Shown here one piece after another: positions 37,201 through 46,259 of a DNA stretch of 57,013 bases; positions within the stretch are counted from its first letter, which is position 1; every line of letters starts with the position of its first letter. The notes beneath the pieces are model-generated. The model ran no database searches, had not been told where the DNA came from, and worked only from the letters and a program-made list of their open reading frames with translations. The position numbers and the translations under genes were made by a program. This DNA is from Chiloscyllium plagiosum (Eukaryota). The DNA lies in assembly GCF_004010195.1 (NCBI RefSeq), contig NC_057719.1:504389-561401 (forward strand), written 5' to 3'.

Positions 37201-40200
37201 TTTTGGAAAAATGCAAAAGTAGCAGGGTTGTTGTCATGGGTGATTTCAACTTTCCCAATATTGACTGGAACCTACCTAGTGCAGATGGTTTGGATGGAGT
37301 GATTTTTGTCAGGTGTGTTCAGGAGGGTTTCCTGACTCTGTATGTAGACAGGCTGACGAGGGGAGAGGCCATTTTGGATTTGGTGCTCGGCAATGAGCCA
37401 GGACAGGTGTCAGATCTCGCGGTGCGAGAACACTTTGGTGACAGTGACCATAACTGCCTCACATTTACCATAGCCATGGAGAGGGAAAGGAGCAGTGACC
37501 AAGGGAAGATAGTTAATTGGGGAAAAGGAAATTATGATGCTGTCAGACGGAAGTTGGGAAGAACAGATTGGGAACAATTGCTCCACAGAAAGGGCACAGC
37601 AGACATATGGAGACTGTTTAAGGAGCAGTTGTTGCGAGAGATACATAAATTTGTTCCTCTGAGACAGGCAAGAAGGGGTAAGATTAAGGAGCCTTGGATG
37701 ACAAGATCAGAGGAGCTTCTTATCAAAAGGAAGAAGGCAGCTTACGTAAGGTGGAGGAAGCAAGGATCTAGCACAGCTTTAGATAATTACCGGCTTACTA
37801 GAAAGGAGCTCAGAAATAGACTGAGGAGAGCCAGAAGGGAGCATGAAAAAGGCTTGACAGAAAGGATTAGGGAGAACCCAAAGGCATTTTACTCACACGT
37901 GAGGAATAGAGAATGATCAGGGAGAAGGTAGGGCCGATCAGTGATAGCGGAGGGAACTTGTGCGTGGAGTCTGAGCAGATAGGGGAAGCCCTAAATGAGT
38001 TTTTTGCTTTGGTTTTCACTAAGGAAAGGGACCTTGTTGTGAATGAGAATTTGGAGGAGCTGGGAAACAGGCTTGAACAGATCAATATTGATAAAGTTAA
38101 TATGCTGGACATTTTGGCAAACATTAAGATTTTAAGTCCCCAGGGCCAGACCAGATTTATCCTAGGCTGCTCTGAGAAGTGAAAAAAGGAGGTTGCTAAG
38201 CCACTGGCAAAAATCTTTGCTTCCTCACTTTCCATGAGAGTCGTACCAGAGGATTGGAGGAAAATTGTTCCTATTTTCAAGAAGGGGAATATGGAAATCC
38301 GTGACAATTACAGACCAGTAAGTCTTACATCTGTGGTCAGCAAGGTTTTGGAAAGAATTCTGAGGGATAGGATTTATGACTATTTGGCAAGGCATAGCAT
38401 GATTAAAGGCAGTCAGCATGGCTTTGTGAGGGGCAGGTCATGCCTCACAAATCTTATTCAGTTCTTTGAGGAGGTGATGAGACAGGTCGATGAAGGTCGA
38501 GAAATGGATGTGGTGTATATGGATTTCAGCAAAGCACTTGATAAGGTTCCCCATGGTAGGCTCATTCATAAAGTCAGGAAGTATGGGATACAGGGAGATT
38601 TGGCTGTCTGGATTCAGAATTGGTTGGTGGACAGAAGGCAGAGTGTGGTTATAGATGGAAAGTATTCTGCCACACGGCTCTATGCTTGGGCCTCTGCTTT
38701 TGTAGTTTTTATAAATGACTTGGATGAGGAGGTTGAGGGGTGGGTTAGTAAATTTGCTGATGACACAAAGGTTGGAGGTGTCATCGATAGTGTAGAGGGC
38801 TACTGCAGGCTGCAGAGCGACATAGACAGGATGCAGAGCTGGGCTGGGAAATCGCAGATGGAGTTCAGCCTGGATAAATGTGAAGTGATGCATTTTGGAA
38901 GGTCGAACTCGAATGCTGAATATCAGATTAAAGACAGGATTCTTGACAGTGTGGAGGAAAAGAGCGATCTTGGTGTTCAAGTGCATAGATCCCTCAAAGT
39001 TGCCACCCAAGTGGATAGGGTTGTTAAGAAAGCATATGGTGTTTTGGCATTCATTAACAGGGAGATTGAGTTTAAGAGCTGTGAGGTTTTGCTACAGCTC
39101 TACAAGTCCCTGGTGAAACCACACTTGAAATATTGTGTCTTGTTCTGGATGCCCTACAATAGGAAAGATACAGAGGCTTTAGAGAGGGTGCAAAGAAGGT
39201 TTACCAGGATGCTGCCTGGACTGGAGGACTTGCCTTACAAAGAGAGGTTGAATAAGCTCAGACTTTTCTCTCTGGAGAGAAAGAGGTAGACAAGTGACCT
39301 GATCGAGGTATACAAGGTAATGAGAGGCATGGATAGAGTCAATGGCCAGAGACTTTTCCCCAGAGCAGGATTTAAGGTGTTAGGAGCAACGTATAGAGGG
39401 GACAATTGTGGTAGGTTCTTTACGCAGAGAGTTGTGAGTGCATGGAATGCGTTACCAGCGGTGGTGGTGGACGCAGAGTCATTAGGGACATTTAAGTGAC
39501 TGCTGGACATGCACATGGATAGCAGTGAATTGAAGGGTGCGTAGGTTAGGTTATTTTATTTTACATTAGGATTAATCCGCGGCACGACATCATGGGCCAA
39601 AGTGCCTGTTCGGTGCTGTACTTTTCTATGTTCTATGTTATAATTAGGAATCACTGCTTCAAAATTGAGGTACACATTTACATGTTAAATTAAAATTGAG
39701 GAGTGTACATATCTCATTTGGGGATGTGAGAGACTATTGTAATAATTCTTTTCTCGCAGAGTTGTGAGACTTTGGAACTCTCTCTCTGAAAGAGTCCTTG
39801 AACATTTTTAAGGTAGAGGTGGATAGATTCTTGGCAAAAAATAAGGGGTAAAAGGTTATCAGTTGTAGGCAGGAATGCAGATTTGAGGTTACAATCTGCT
39901 CAACTAGGATCTTATTAAAGATGAAGCAGGCTTGAGGGGCCAAGTGGCCCTTTTCCATCTGTTTATTTGTATGCCCAGCAAGCATCTCCTTCCCCTTCAG
40001 TAGTGAGCTCCACATCCTCACCATTCTCTGAGGCAAGGGTTTTCCCAGTTGGATTTATTAGGATCTCTCTTATACTGACAGCCACTAGTTTTGCTCTCCC
40101 TCGGAAATGCCAACCCCCTTGATAATTTTAAAAAGCCTCCTCTTTTCTAAAGAAAAGATCCCCAGCCTGTTCAGTCTCTTCCTGGAAGAAAGTGAGGACT

Positions 40201-43200
40201 GCAGATGTTGGAGAGTTAGAGTTGATAAAGCGTGGCACTGGAGAAAGTACAGCAGGTCAGGCAGCATCAGAGGAGCAGGAGAGTCAACATTTCAGGCATA
40301 AGGCCTTCTTCAGGTCCTGAAGAAGGGTCCTGCCTGAAACATTGACCATCCTGCTCCTCAGATGCTGCTTGACCTGCTGTACTTTCTCCTATCACCTTTA
40401 CTCTATCACCTTTCAGACTCTTCCTGATAGCCGTCACTGTAGATGTGACTGGAATCAGTTGGTGAGGAATGGGAGAGGTTGTTGGATTAAATCTTGAGGA
40501 ATGCAAATGGAGTTGGCAGCCTTAGGTTCAAGCAGGCTGAATGGCCTTTTCATTGGTCTCTGTGTTGTGACCTAGCTCATCACACTAAGGCCTCAGGCTG
40601 ATTAACTCCACCAGTTACTGTATTGCTCAGTTCCTTTCTCACCATCTGTTGTCCTGACAGAACCTCCAGTAAATCCAAGAGTCTGTGTCCATCCCGAAGA
40701 TCCTGGAACAAGTCCTGGATGACAGATGGGGGTTTGTGCTGTTAGGATGGAACAGAAGAATGTTAGTCTGATTCATTTTACACAGCCACACCCCTCCATT
40801 CACTGAGCGGCTCACTGCATAGCACTCTTGCCTCAAGGTATGATGGGACTCAAATCCCACTCCAGAGCCTTGAGTATTTTTTAGTTCATTTGTGGGATGC
40901 TGGTGTCACTGGCAGAGGGCAGTTGCGAGTCAACCACATTGCTATGGTTCAGGAGTCACAAGTAGGTCAGACCAGGGTAAGGATGGCAGATGTTCATTAG
41001 TGAACCAGACAGGGTTTCCCCAACAACCTATGATTGTTTCATGGTCATGTTTTGACTCTTAAGTCCAGATTTTTACTGATTTCAAACTTCACCGTCTGCC
41101 GTGGTAGATTCAAATTTAAAACATTACCTGAGTTTCTGTAATAGACTAGCGATAATACCACTGGCCATCACCTCCTCTATTATAAAACATTAATATACAA
41201 TTGAAAATCTTTTTAGTATCAAACTTGAGGGAGAGAGTGGGAGCTGCACTGTCAAGTGAGATGTTAAACCTCACAGGTGGATCCCGCGGCACCAAGTCCA
41301 CAAAGAGGACTGATTCGCAAGATGACGGTTTTGTTTTATGAAGAGAGATTGAGCAATTCAGACTGAAATTCTCTGGAGTTGAGAAGAATGAGAAAGAGAT
41401 TTAATTGAGGTATAAAAGATGCTAAAGCAGATTGAAGAAAGTAGGCACAGAGGGGACGTTTCCTCATGTGGGGCAATCTAGAACGCGAGGTCATTGTTCA
41501 GGGATAAGGGGAAGCAGATTTAAAACAGAGATGAGAAGAAACTACTCTGTCAAAGGACTGTGAATCTGTGGAAGTGCAGTGGCTGCTGAGACTTCAAGCA
41601 AATTTAAAGAGGAGATTGACAGAAGTTTTAATCAGTAATGAATTGAAGGGTTATGGAGAGAGGGCAGGAAAGTGGAGTTGAGGCCAAGATGAGATCATGA
41701 TTTGGAGGTGCCGGTGTTGGACTGGGGTGAACAAACTTAAAAATCACACAACACCAGGTTATAGTCCAACAGGTTTAATTGGAAGCACTAGCTTTCAGAG
41801 CGCTGCTTCTCCGCAACTACTCGATGAAGGAGCAGCGCTCCGAAAGCTAGTGTTTCCAATTAAACCTGGTGGACTATAACCTGGTGTTGTGTGATTTTTA
41901 AAGATGAGATCAGGCATGAGCGGGATTGAGGGGCTGAATTGCCCACACCTACTCCTGGTTCTTATGTTGTTGTGTTCTCCATAGCTTCCCCAGCCGATAT
42001 ATATCAATCAACCAATATCATTAATGTAAGTGATCTCCTCATTGCCTGTTTACTGTGTAGAGGCTGGATGATGTATGTCCTGTGTTACAGCAGGAAGTAC
42101 ACCTCAACAGTATCTCACTGGGACTTTGGAATGTTCCAAGTTTGTGGCGCTATAGAAATGCATCTGAAATTTGCGTCATCCCTTAACTCTTACCTTTGCT
42201 AGTTGTGCGTTGACCCAGTTTGTGAAAGTCCGGTTTTGAACCTTTTCATGTTCAGCTGTAAAATGTAAGATATGCGCAGTTATAAAAGCATTCTGACACC
42301 CTCCCAGCTCATCGAAGTAACAGCAAGGACAAGGTGAACTGTGTTCAAGGGTATGGAAAGAAGGGAAGGTAGAAATTACAGGGTGTTGACATGGTGGGGG
42401 AGCCAGGAGACTGGAGAAACATTCATTATGGCCTTGTACATAAAGGCTATAAAGATAAATCCAGTAATTACAAACCGGTCATTTAACTTCAATGGTGTTT
42501 GAACATCTAGAAACAACAATTTGTGTTAAAATTAGTAGTCACATGGAGAAGACAAGGTGGTTAAGAAGAGTCAGCATGGATTTCTAAAGAGGAAATTGTG
42601 TTTAACTTGCTGGACCTTTTTTGAAGTTATGAGGGCAATGATGCTGATGCGGTGTACAGTGTACAGTGACTTTCAAAAGGCATTATTCATATTTATATCA
42701 TTCTCTCACAGAATGTGGACCATTTTCTGAACAAAAAAGGCTTCGGAAATCTGAAGATTTGGAAATCCTCTTTCTCTTAGGGTTAACGTGTAGGTTCAGT
42801 TGGCAGTTAGAAAGGTAAGTGCAATGTTAGCATTCATTTCAACAGGGCTAGAATACAAGAGCAGAGATGCCCTGCTGGGGCTGTATAAGGCTCTGGTCAG
42901 ATCACAATTGGAATATTGTGAGCAGTTTGGGCCCCTTATCTAAGGAAGGATTTGCTGGTGTTGGAGAGGTCCAGAGGAGGTTCCCAAGAGTGATCCCAGT
43001 GATGAAGGGCTTGTCATATGAGAAGTGGTTGAGGTCTTTGGGTCTGTACTCGGGATCAAGTTTAGAAAGATAAGGAGGGTTCTGATTGAAACTTCCAGAA
43101 TACTGAGAGGCCTAGATAGAGTGGATGTGGAGAAGATGTTTCCACTAGCAGCAGAGAATAGGACCAAAGGGCATAGCCTGAGAGTGAATGGACAGCCCTT

Positions 43201-45979
43201 AGGAACTGAGATGAGGTGGAATTTCTTCAGCCAGACGGTGGGGAATCTGTGGAACTCACTGCCGCAGAAGGCTGTAGAGGCCAAGCTTTCTAGTGTTTTA
43301 AGACAGATAGATAGGCTCTTGATTGGTGACAAGATCAAGGGCTATGAGGAGAAGGCAAGAAAATGGGGTTGAGAAACATATCAACCATGATTGAATGGTG
43401 GAGCAGACTCAGTGGGCCAAATAACCTAATTCTGCTCCTATATCTTATGGCCTTAAGTAGTCCAACTTCTATAGGTTGACCCTACTGCCCTTAGGTTGAC
43501 CCAGGATTTTGACCCAGTGACAGTGTCAGAATGACAATATATTTCTAAGTCAGGTTGGTGACTGGCTCAGAGGGGAATCTGTCAGTGGTGTCCCTAGTAT
43601 CTGCTGTTCTTGTCCTTCTAGATGGGAATGGTCATGGATTTGGAAGGTGCTGTCTGAGGAGGCGAATCTCTGTGGTATATTTTGAGGATGGTACACACTG
43701 CCGCTACTGAACGACAGTGACAGAGAGAGTAAATCATAGAATGATAGAGTACAGAGGAGGCTGGATGCCAAACCTACGCTTAATTTAAACTCAACCTACT
43801 TTCCAATATTGGGCCCACAGCTGTGAATGTTTTGACATTTCAGGTGCTCATCCGAGTACTTTTTAGAGGTTGTGATATTTCACCTCAACCACCCTCCTGG
43901 CAGTGCACGCCAGAACCTTAACACCCTCTGGATGCAGTACTTTTTTAATTCACCTAAACCTTCTGCTTTCCACCTTAAAAGTGTGCCTCCTTGTTTTTTT
44001 TTTCCCAAGGGAGACTCTTCTTCTTCCTCCTCCTCACAGTACACTGGATGTGGGCAGCCAGCTCAGAGTCAGTCCACTGACACAAATGGAGAATCCTTCA
44101 CTCTGATCCAGCTCCCTCAGAGCCAGCTCTCAGAGTGAACAGAACCTCTGATACTCCTGTTTCTTTTTTTAACCCATGTGATACTCCTGTTTAATTTTTT
44201 TGCCTCCTTCTTAATAATCCTTCAAATAAGGGGAACAGCTGCTTTCTATTCACCCTGTCCACGCCGCTCACAATCTTATACACCTCCAGTAAGCAGGTGG
44301 GACTTCACCTCAGGTCCAGAGGTAGGGACATTACCAGTTCACCACAAAACAGCCCCTCCCAGTAGAATTAACAAAAGCAAGATCTAACTGTTCCTATGTG
44401 TATTTAAATGAGTAATTAGACATAATTAAGTAACAATTGCAATATCCTTTGATTCCTGAAAAACTAGGGTTTATATTTATAGGAACTAAATGGAATATTA
44501 AAGTTTCTGAGTCCAAAATCACAATGTTACTATTTACACGTGATCAGCTTTTACATACGTGTACAGTAATCTCTTGATAACAAGCAGCACTGTATTAGTG
44601 ATAAAGAAGTAACCTGCTAGATCAAGTTGGGGCAAGTCAATCAGTTGGCAGGTACCTCACATCTTGCTGAATGTTTAAACCTGTTTAAGAACAAAATGAG
44701 TATGTTGGAATTCTCCAGTTTCAGATTACCCCTTTGCTTGAGTCTCCATGCTTCATGTGCAAGTCTCTACAAGGTGATCACATCACCTTCTCCACCTTCA
44801 AACACTCACTGTTACCCATGCCACATACTCGCATTCTCAAACCCCTCGGACTGCCCGAGAGTCTCCAGAAAGTTTTTAAAAATGCTCTCTTGCTCCAGGA
44901 CACCTTCTGAGGAGATATGGCTGTTAAGTCTCAAAGCATTTCCTGATGGTTATAACTGGTGCGTGACCACTGACTGGAAGTAGCTGGGGAGAAAAAGCAG
45001 TTTTATGTTTAGATAGAAATAAGATTGTGTACCACGTGACCTCTTACAACCATCTTACAGCCAATTTAATAAAGAATTAGTTGGGATAAGGCTGTTGTCT
45101 TGCGAGCACATAATATGGAGCTAAATCTTATCCAATTTTGGCAAAGTGCTAATTTTTAATGGGTTTCATGGATGGTTTTTCTCGATGAGGCCTGGCACGT
45201 TTTATTGCATTATTGTTGTAAATTTGCCTTGTTAACTCCTTACTTGCCCCCCTTTGTCTGATGCTGGCCTGATTCCACAACACGCCAAAGCCTAAAGTAC
45301 TTGCTGCTGTCATGACATCCCAGGATTCCTGGTGTTGGCACCATCTTTAAAGGGCTGTGTGCACCCAGTCAAGCACCAGCTGCCCTGCATGGTTCAGGAT
45401 ATCGGTCCCGGACTTGGTAGATATGGGGAAACTGGCGTCCTGCTTCACAGGTAGGGAGCTGGAGGTGGGCGGGTTGATGCAGGTGAGGGACATCCTTTTC
45501 TCTCAGGTACAATAATGAAGGCCATGACACTAGACCCTGGCAGCCTAGTCTGAGGTTAACAGACTGGTCAGTGCAGTCTCAGCTGTCTGGACGAATGCCC
45601 AGCCCTGTATAAAGAAAGTCAATGACCTTCTCCACTCCAACAATTCAACTGCCACCATCCTCTCTCTCTAACATATCACATTCACTCTCCCTCTCCATCT
45701 CCCACCAAGGCTCATGCTCCACTACTCTCATTATCACATATTCTGCATATCAATAAGGTAAGATTAAGTAAAAATGAGGGTGACAATGACACAGTAATCC
45801 CCATTAATAGGCCTCTCATTGCTCCCTAGTGTGAATCTTGTCTCAATGTCCGGATCTCAGTTAGAAATTGCAACTTGTTGCTCCCAATGTAAGGAAAGGC
45901 CTCGCTCGACTTCTCACACCATTCTTCCAAATTTCTCACCATGGTCCGTGTCGTCAGGGAATAGGAAGATTCTGATCAT
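4131..45979 (-). CDS. SYNE2: Nesprin-family (SYNE2-like) giant actin-binding spectrin-repeat protein, multi-exon gene, 3'-incomplete (continues past left edge; no KASH exon in window)
   Basis: Manually joined GT-AG exons with matching phases: 45979-45940, 42255-42194, 40738-40643, 34387-34307, 34203-34111, 30070-29898, 29339-29143, 28418-28297, 26365-26189, 25729-25595, 23647-23504, 20759-20583, 20123-19989, 18572-18429, 17879-17683, 16223-8195, 7320-7172, 4281-4131 (sum 10302 nt). CH1/CH2 motifs [83 protein letters not shown] resemble nesprin-2. The exact paralog is uncertain. Confidence 0.8.
5545..5745 (-). mobile_element. CR1 3' tail
   Basis: Matches the 3' end of 1773-1980. Confidence 0.8.
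6290..6550 (+). mobile_element. 5'-truncated HE1-like SINE
   Basis: GGTTCGATTCC B box, HE1 core, attctatgattctat tail. Confidence 0.75.
7172..7320 (-). CDS. Nesprin-like gene exon ([16 protein letters not shown]...NEISE)
   Basis: tttctttccctag acceptor, AAG|GTACTG donor, 149 nt, phase 0/2, open. Confidence 0.8.
7368..7662 (+). mobile_element. CR1 3' end
   Basis: [19 protein letters not shown]...FKRHLD; ctatga repeats. Confidence 0.88.
8195..16223 (-). CDS. Giant about 8.0-kb internal exon: about 2,676 aa Ser/Glu/Gly/Gln/Thr/Asp-rich, probably disordered, with about 400-aa tandem repeats
   Basis: Stop-free ORF 8174-16243 with no TE content; acceptor tttaacAG at 16224-16225 (phase 2, fits upstream exon); donor CAG|GTATCC at 8195 (phase 0, fits downstream exon). 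Confidence 0.88.
9050..15130 (-). repeat. Coding tandem repeat, about 5 units of about 1.2 kb with a 2406-bp higher-order dimer
   Basis: Marker positions 10153, 11332, 12559, 13741, 14965; spacings 1179/1227/1182/1224; identical antisense ORFs at 9535 and 11941. Confidence 0.95.
16430..16935 (-). mobile_element. Old L2-like LINE 3' remnant
   Basis: Degenerate similarity to L2 3' ends (...ttaaaacactgc...gcttttggtcacct); related remnant at 35560-35950 (+). Confidence 0.45.
17282..17388 (-). CDS. Possible alternative 107-nt exon ([14 protein letters not shown]...QAPL)
   Basis: CAG acceptor, TGG|GTGAGA donor, open in phase 2 in / phase 1 out; no homology support. Confidence 0.35.
17683..17879 (-). 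CDS. Nesprin exon ([23 protein letters not shown]...SSPQTG)
   Basis: Strong tttttttcctag acceptor, phase 0; helical translation; donor AGG|GTCAGC (phase 2) is less certain. Confidence 0.8.
18429..18572 (-). CDS. Spectrin-repeat module exon C, copy 2
   Basis: Near-identical to 23504-23647, intact. Confidence 0.85.
19576..19797. mobile_element. Short palindromic Penelope-derived insertion with hammerhead-like core
   Basis: TSD ctgtcacatgctttg (19561-19575/19798-19812); about 90-bp inverted arms. Confidence 0.8.
19707..19734 (+). ncRNA. Minimal hammerhead ribozyme-like motif
   Basis: CTGAAGA-A-GGGC-TTAT-GCCC-GAAAC-GTC: CUGANGA box, 4-bp stem II, GAAA box, palindromic ACGU, GUC site. Confidence 0.6.
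19989..20123 (-). CDS. Spectrin-repeat module exon B, copy 2
   Basis: Near-identical to 25595-25729 (KIKMML vs KITMVL), intact. Confidence 0.82.
20583..20759 (-). CDS. Spectrin-repeat module exon A, copy 2
   Basis: Near-identical to 26189-26365, splice sites and frame intact. Confidence 0.8.
20803..20890. repeat. (CA)n microsatellite; paralog (CA)n(CT)n at 26409-26497
   Basis: Direct inspection. Confidence 0.95.
21331..22068 (-). mobile_element. CR1 3' fragment present only in duplication copy 2
   Basis: [20 protein letters not shown]; empty site at about 26925. Confidence 0.9.
22345..23203. mobile_element. Penelope-like element fragment (GIY-YIG endonuclease) in inverted hairpin configuration
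   Basis: [20 protein letters not shown]...RIHEH...AREFLE on both strands; arms 22352-22760 and 22795-23203; flanked by a 93-bp direct repeat. Confidence 0.9.
23504..23647 (-). CDS. Spectrin-repeat module exon C, copy 1
   Basis: 144 nt, phase 0/0, [29 protein letters not shown]...GHQ, CAG|GTAAT donor. Confidence 0.87.
23711..23924. mobile_element. Short palindromic Penelope-derived insertion; intact hammerhead-like core on minus strand (23815-23842)
   Basis: TSD ccaatccatgaac; empty site visible in the paralogous copy at about 18622-18640. Confidence 0.8.
24540..24857 (+). mobile_element. Ancient Deu-domain-like SINE remnant (paralogous copy about 19240-19575)
   Basis: tttgtggaatcctactgtgtacaaatt...catttcctacatt...cttcaaaaaatacttcattggc resembles the SacSINE/AmnSINE Deu domain as recalled. 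Confidence 0.5.
24858..25409 (+). mobile_element. CR1 3' fragment present only in duplication copy 1
   Basis: [17 protein letters not shown]; ctatgattctatg tail. Confidence 0.9.
25595..25729 (-). CDS. Spectrin-repeat module exon B, copy 1
   Basis: 135 nt, phase 0/0, ETIRSFD...LCRNWE, GAG|GTGAG donor. Confidence 0.87.
26189..26365 (-). CDS. Spectrin-repeat module exon A, copy 1
   Basis: 177 nt, phase 0/0; FEESKRRIE...[14 protein letters not shown] resembles a nesprin spectrin repeat. Confidence 0.85.
27349..28150 (-). mobile_element. Internally deleted CR1 fragment
   Basis: [16 protein letters not shown] motifs and 3' tail. Confidence 0.88.
28297..28418 (-). CDS. Nesprin CH2 C-terminal exon ([23 protein letters not shown]...)
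   Basis: 122 nt, phase 1/0, PDEKSI.TY..QF motif. Confidence 0.93.
28450..28990. repeat. Degenerate AT-rich minisatellite (about 25-bp unit, core ttcattatataaaccc)
   Basis: Recurrent ccttcattatataaacccc variants. Confidence 0.75.
29143..29339 (-). CDS. Nesprin CH2 exon ([25 protein letters not shown]...[13 protein letters not shown])
   Basis: 197 nt, phase 2/1, canonical CH2 motifs. Confidence 0.95.
29385..29725 (+). mobile_element. CR1 3' end
   Basis: [12 protein letters not shown]; tail tcctatgttt. Confidence 0.8.
29898..30070 (-). CDS. Nesprin CH1-CH2 linker and start of CH2 (VEKLASG...[14 protein letters not shown])
   Basis: 173 nt, phase 0/2, Ser/Pro-rich linker typical of nesprin/calmin ABDs, GTAAGG donor. 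Confidence 0.92.
31462..31595. mobile_element. Degenerate Penelope-derived short insertion
   Basis: TSD gcataat(c/t)taaact; same terminal gagaaagtgaggactgcagatgctggag; decayed CTGATGA core. Confidence 0.7.
31762..31851 (-). mobile_element. Single-arm Penelope-derived insertion with intact hammerhead-like core (31821-31848)
   Basis: 16-bp TSD actctctcttaaaggt; minus strand reads CTGAAGAAGGGCTTATGCCCGAAACGTC. Confidence 0.78.
34111..34203 (-). CDS. Nesprin CH1 exon ([31 protein letters not shown])
   Basis: 93 nt, canonical CH1 C-terminal motif, CAG|GTGTGT donor. Confidence 0.95.
34307..34387 (-). CDS. Nesprin CH1 exon ([27 protein letters not shown])
   Basis: 81 nt, ttttcctgtag acceptor, N...AL.FL motif. 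Confidence 0.88.
35960..39640 (+). mobile_element. Near-full-length decayed CR1 LINE (ORF1 zinc-finger/leucine-zipper plus SGNH esterase; ORF2 APE and RT) with inverted 5' end
   Basis: [18 protein letters not shown] on minus; [49 protein letters not shown] on plus; stops and frameshifts. Confidence 0.93.
40185..40411. mobile_element. Older palindromic Penelope-derived insertion
   Basis: TSD ttcag(t/a)ctcttcctg; imperfect inverted arms centred on cttcttcaggtcctgaagaag. Confidence 0.72.
40643..40738 (-). CDS. Nesprin CH1 exon ([32 protein letters not shown])
   Basis: 96 nt, phase 0/0, ATG|GTGAG donor, DL..D..DG..LL.LLEVLSG motif. Confidence 0.95.
41330..41970 (+). mobile_element. CR1 3' fragment
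   Basis: tatgaagagagattgag...ttcttatgtt tail. Confidence 0.8.
41698..41900. mobile_element. Palindromic Penelope-derived insertion, second family
   Basis: TSD aagatgagatca; arms about 41737-41809 and 41828-41901; GATGA-A-GGAGC-AGC-GCTCC-GAAAGCTA core; nested in a CR1 tail. Confidence 0.75.
42194..42255 (-). CDS. Nesprin CH1 exon ([20 protein letters not shown])
   Basis: ttttacag acceptor, AAG|GTAAGA donor, CH1 helix A motif. Confidence 0.92.
42400..43450 (+). mobile_element. CR1 fragments
   Basis: RT remnant and [15 protein letters not shown] 3' end. Confidence 0.82.
45940..45979 (-). CDS. Candidate first coding exon ([13 protein letters not shown])
   Basis: GACACCATG Kozak-like context, 40 nt, strong G|GTGAG donor, phase 1 matching the next exon. 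No homology support. Confidence 0.5.
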
Positions 45980-46259
45980 GGTGTCAAGAGTGGAGCTGAG
46001 ATTGAGGGTTGAAGATCTGTATGGAAGTACAGCTATTTAAAGAGGAACAGAGGAACGTTCAGAGCTGCTGAAAGCTGCTGAAATGTCGTAGAAAAACAGC
46101 AAAGAAGTAAGTCCTAGCTGAAAACACTTTGTGAGTCTTCCTCCCCTGGTGCTGGTCGAAATGAAAGGTTATATGGAACGCTGTTTTCTACATACAATGG
46201 TAAAACCATGACAGGGACACGAGGGATGTTGAGGTGGGGGAAACATGTGTGAATACTCT

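Noticed and set aside
36766..39289. CR1 ORF2 as an active or domesticated gene
   Set aside because: Multiple frameshifts, stops and deletions, including loss of the GVPQGS motif
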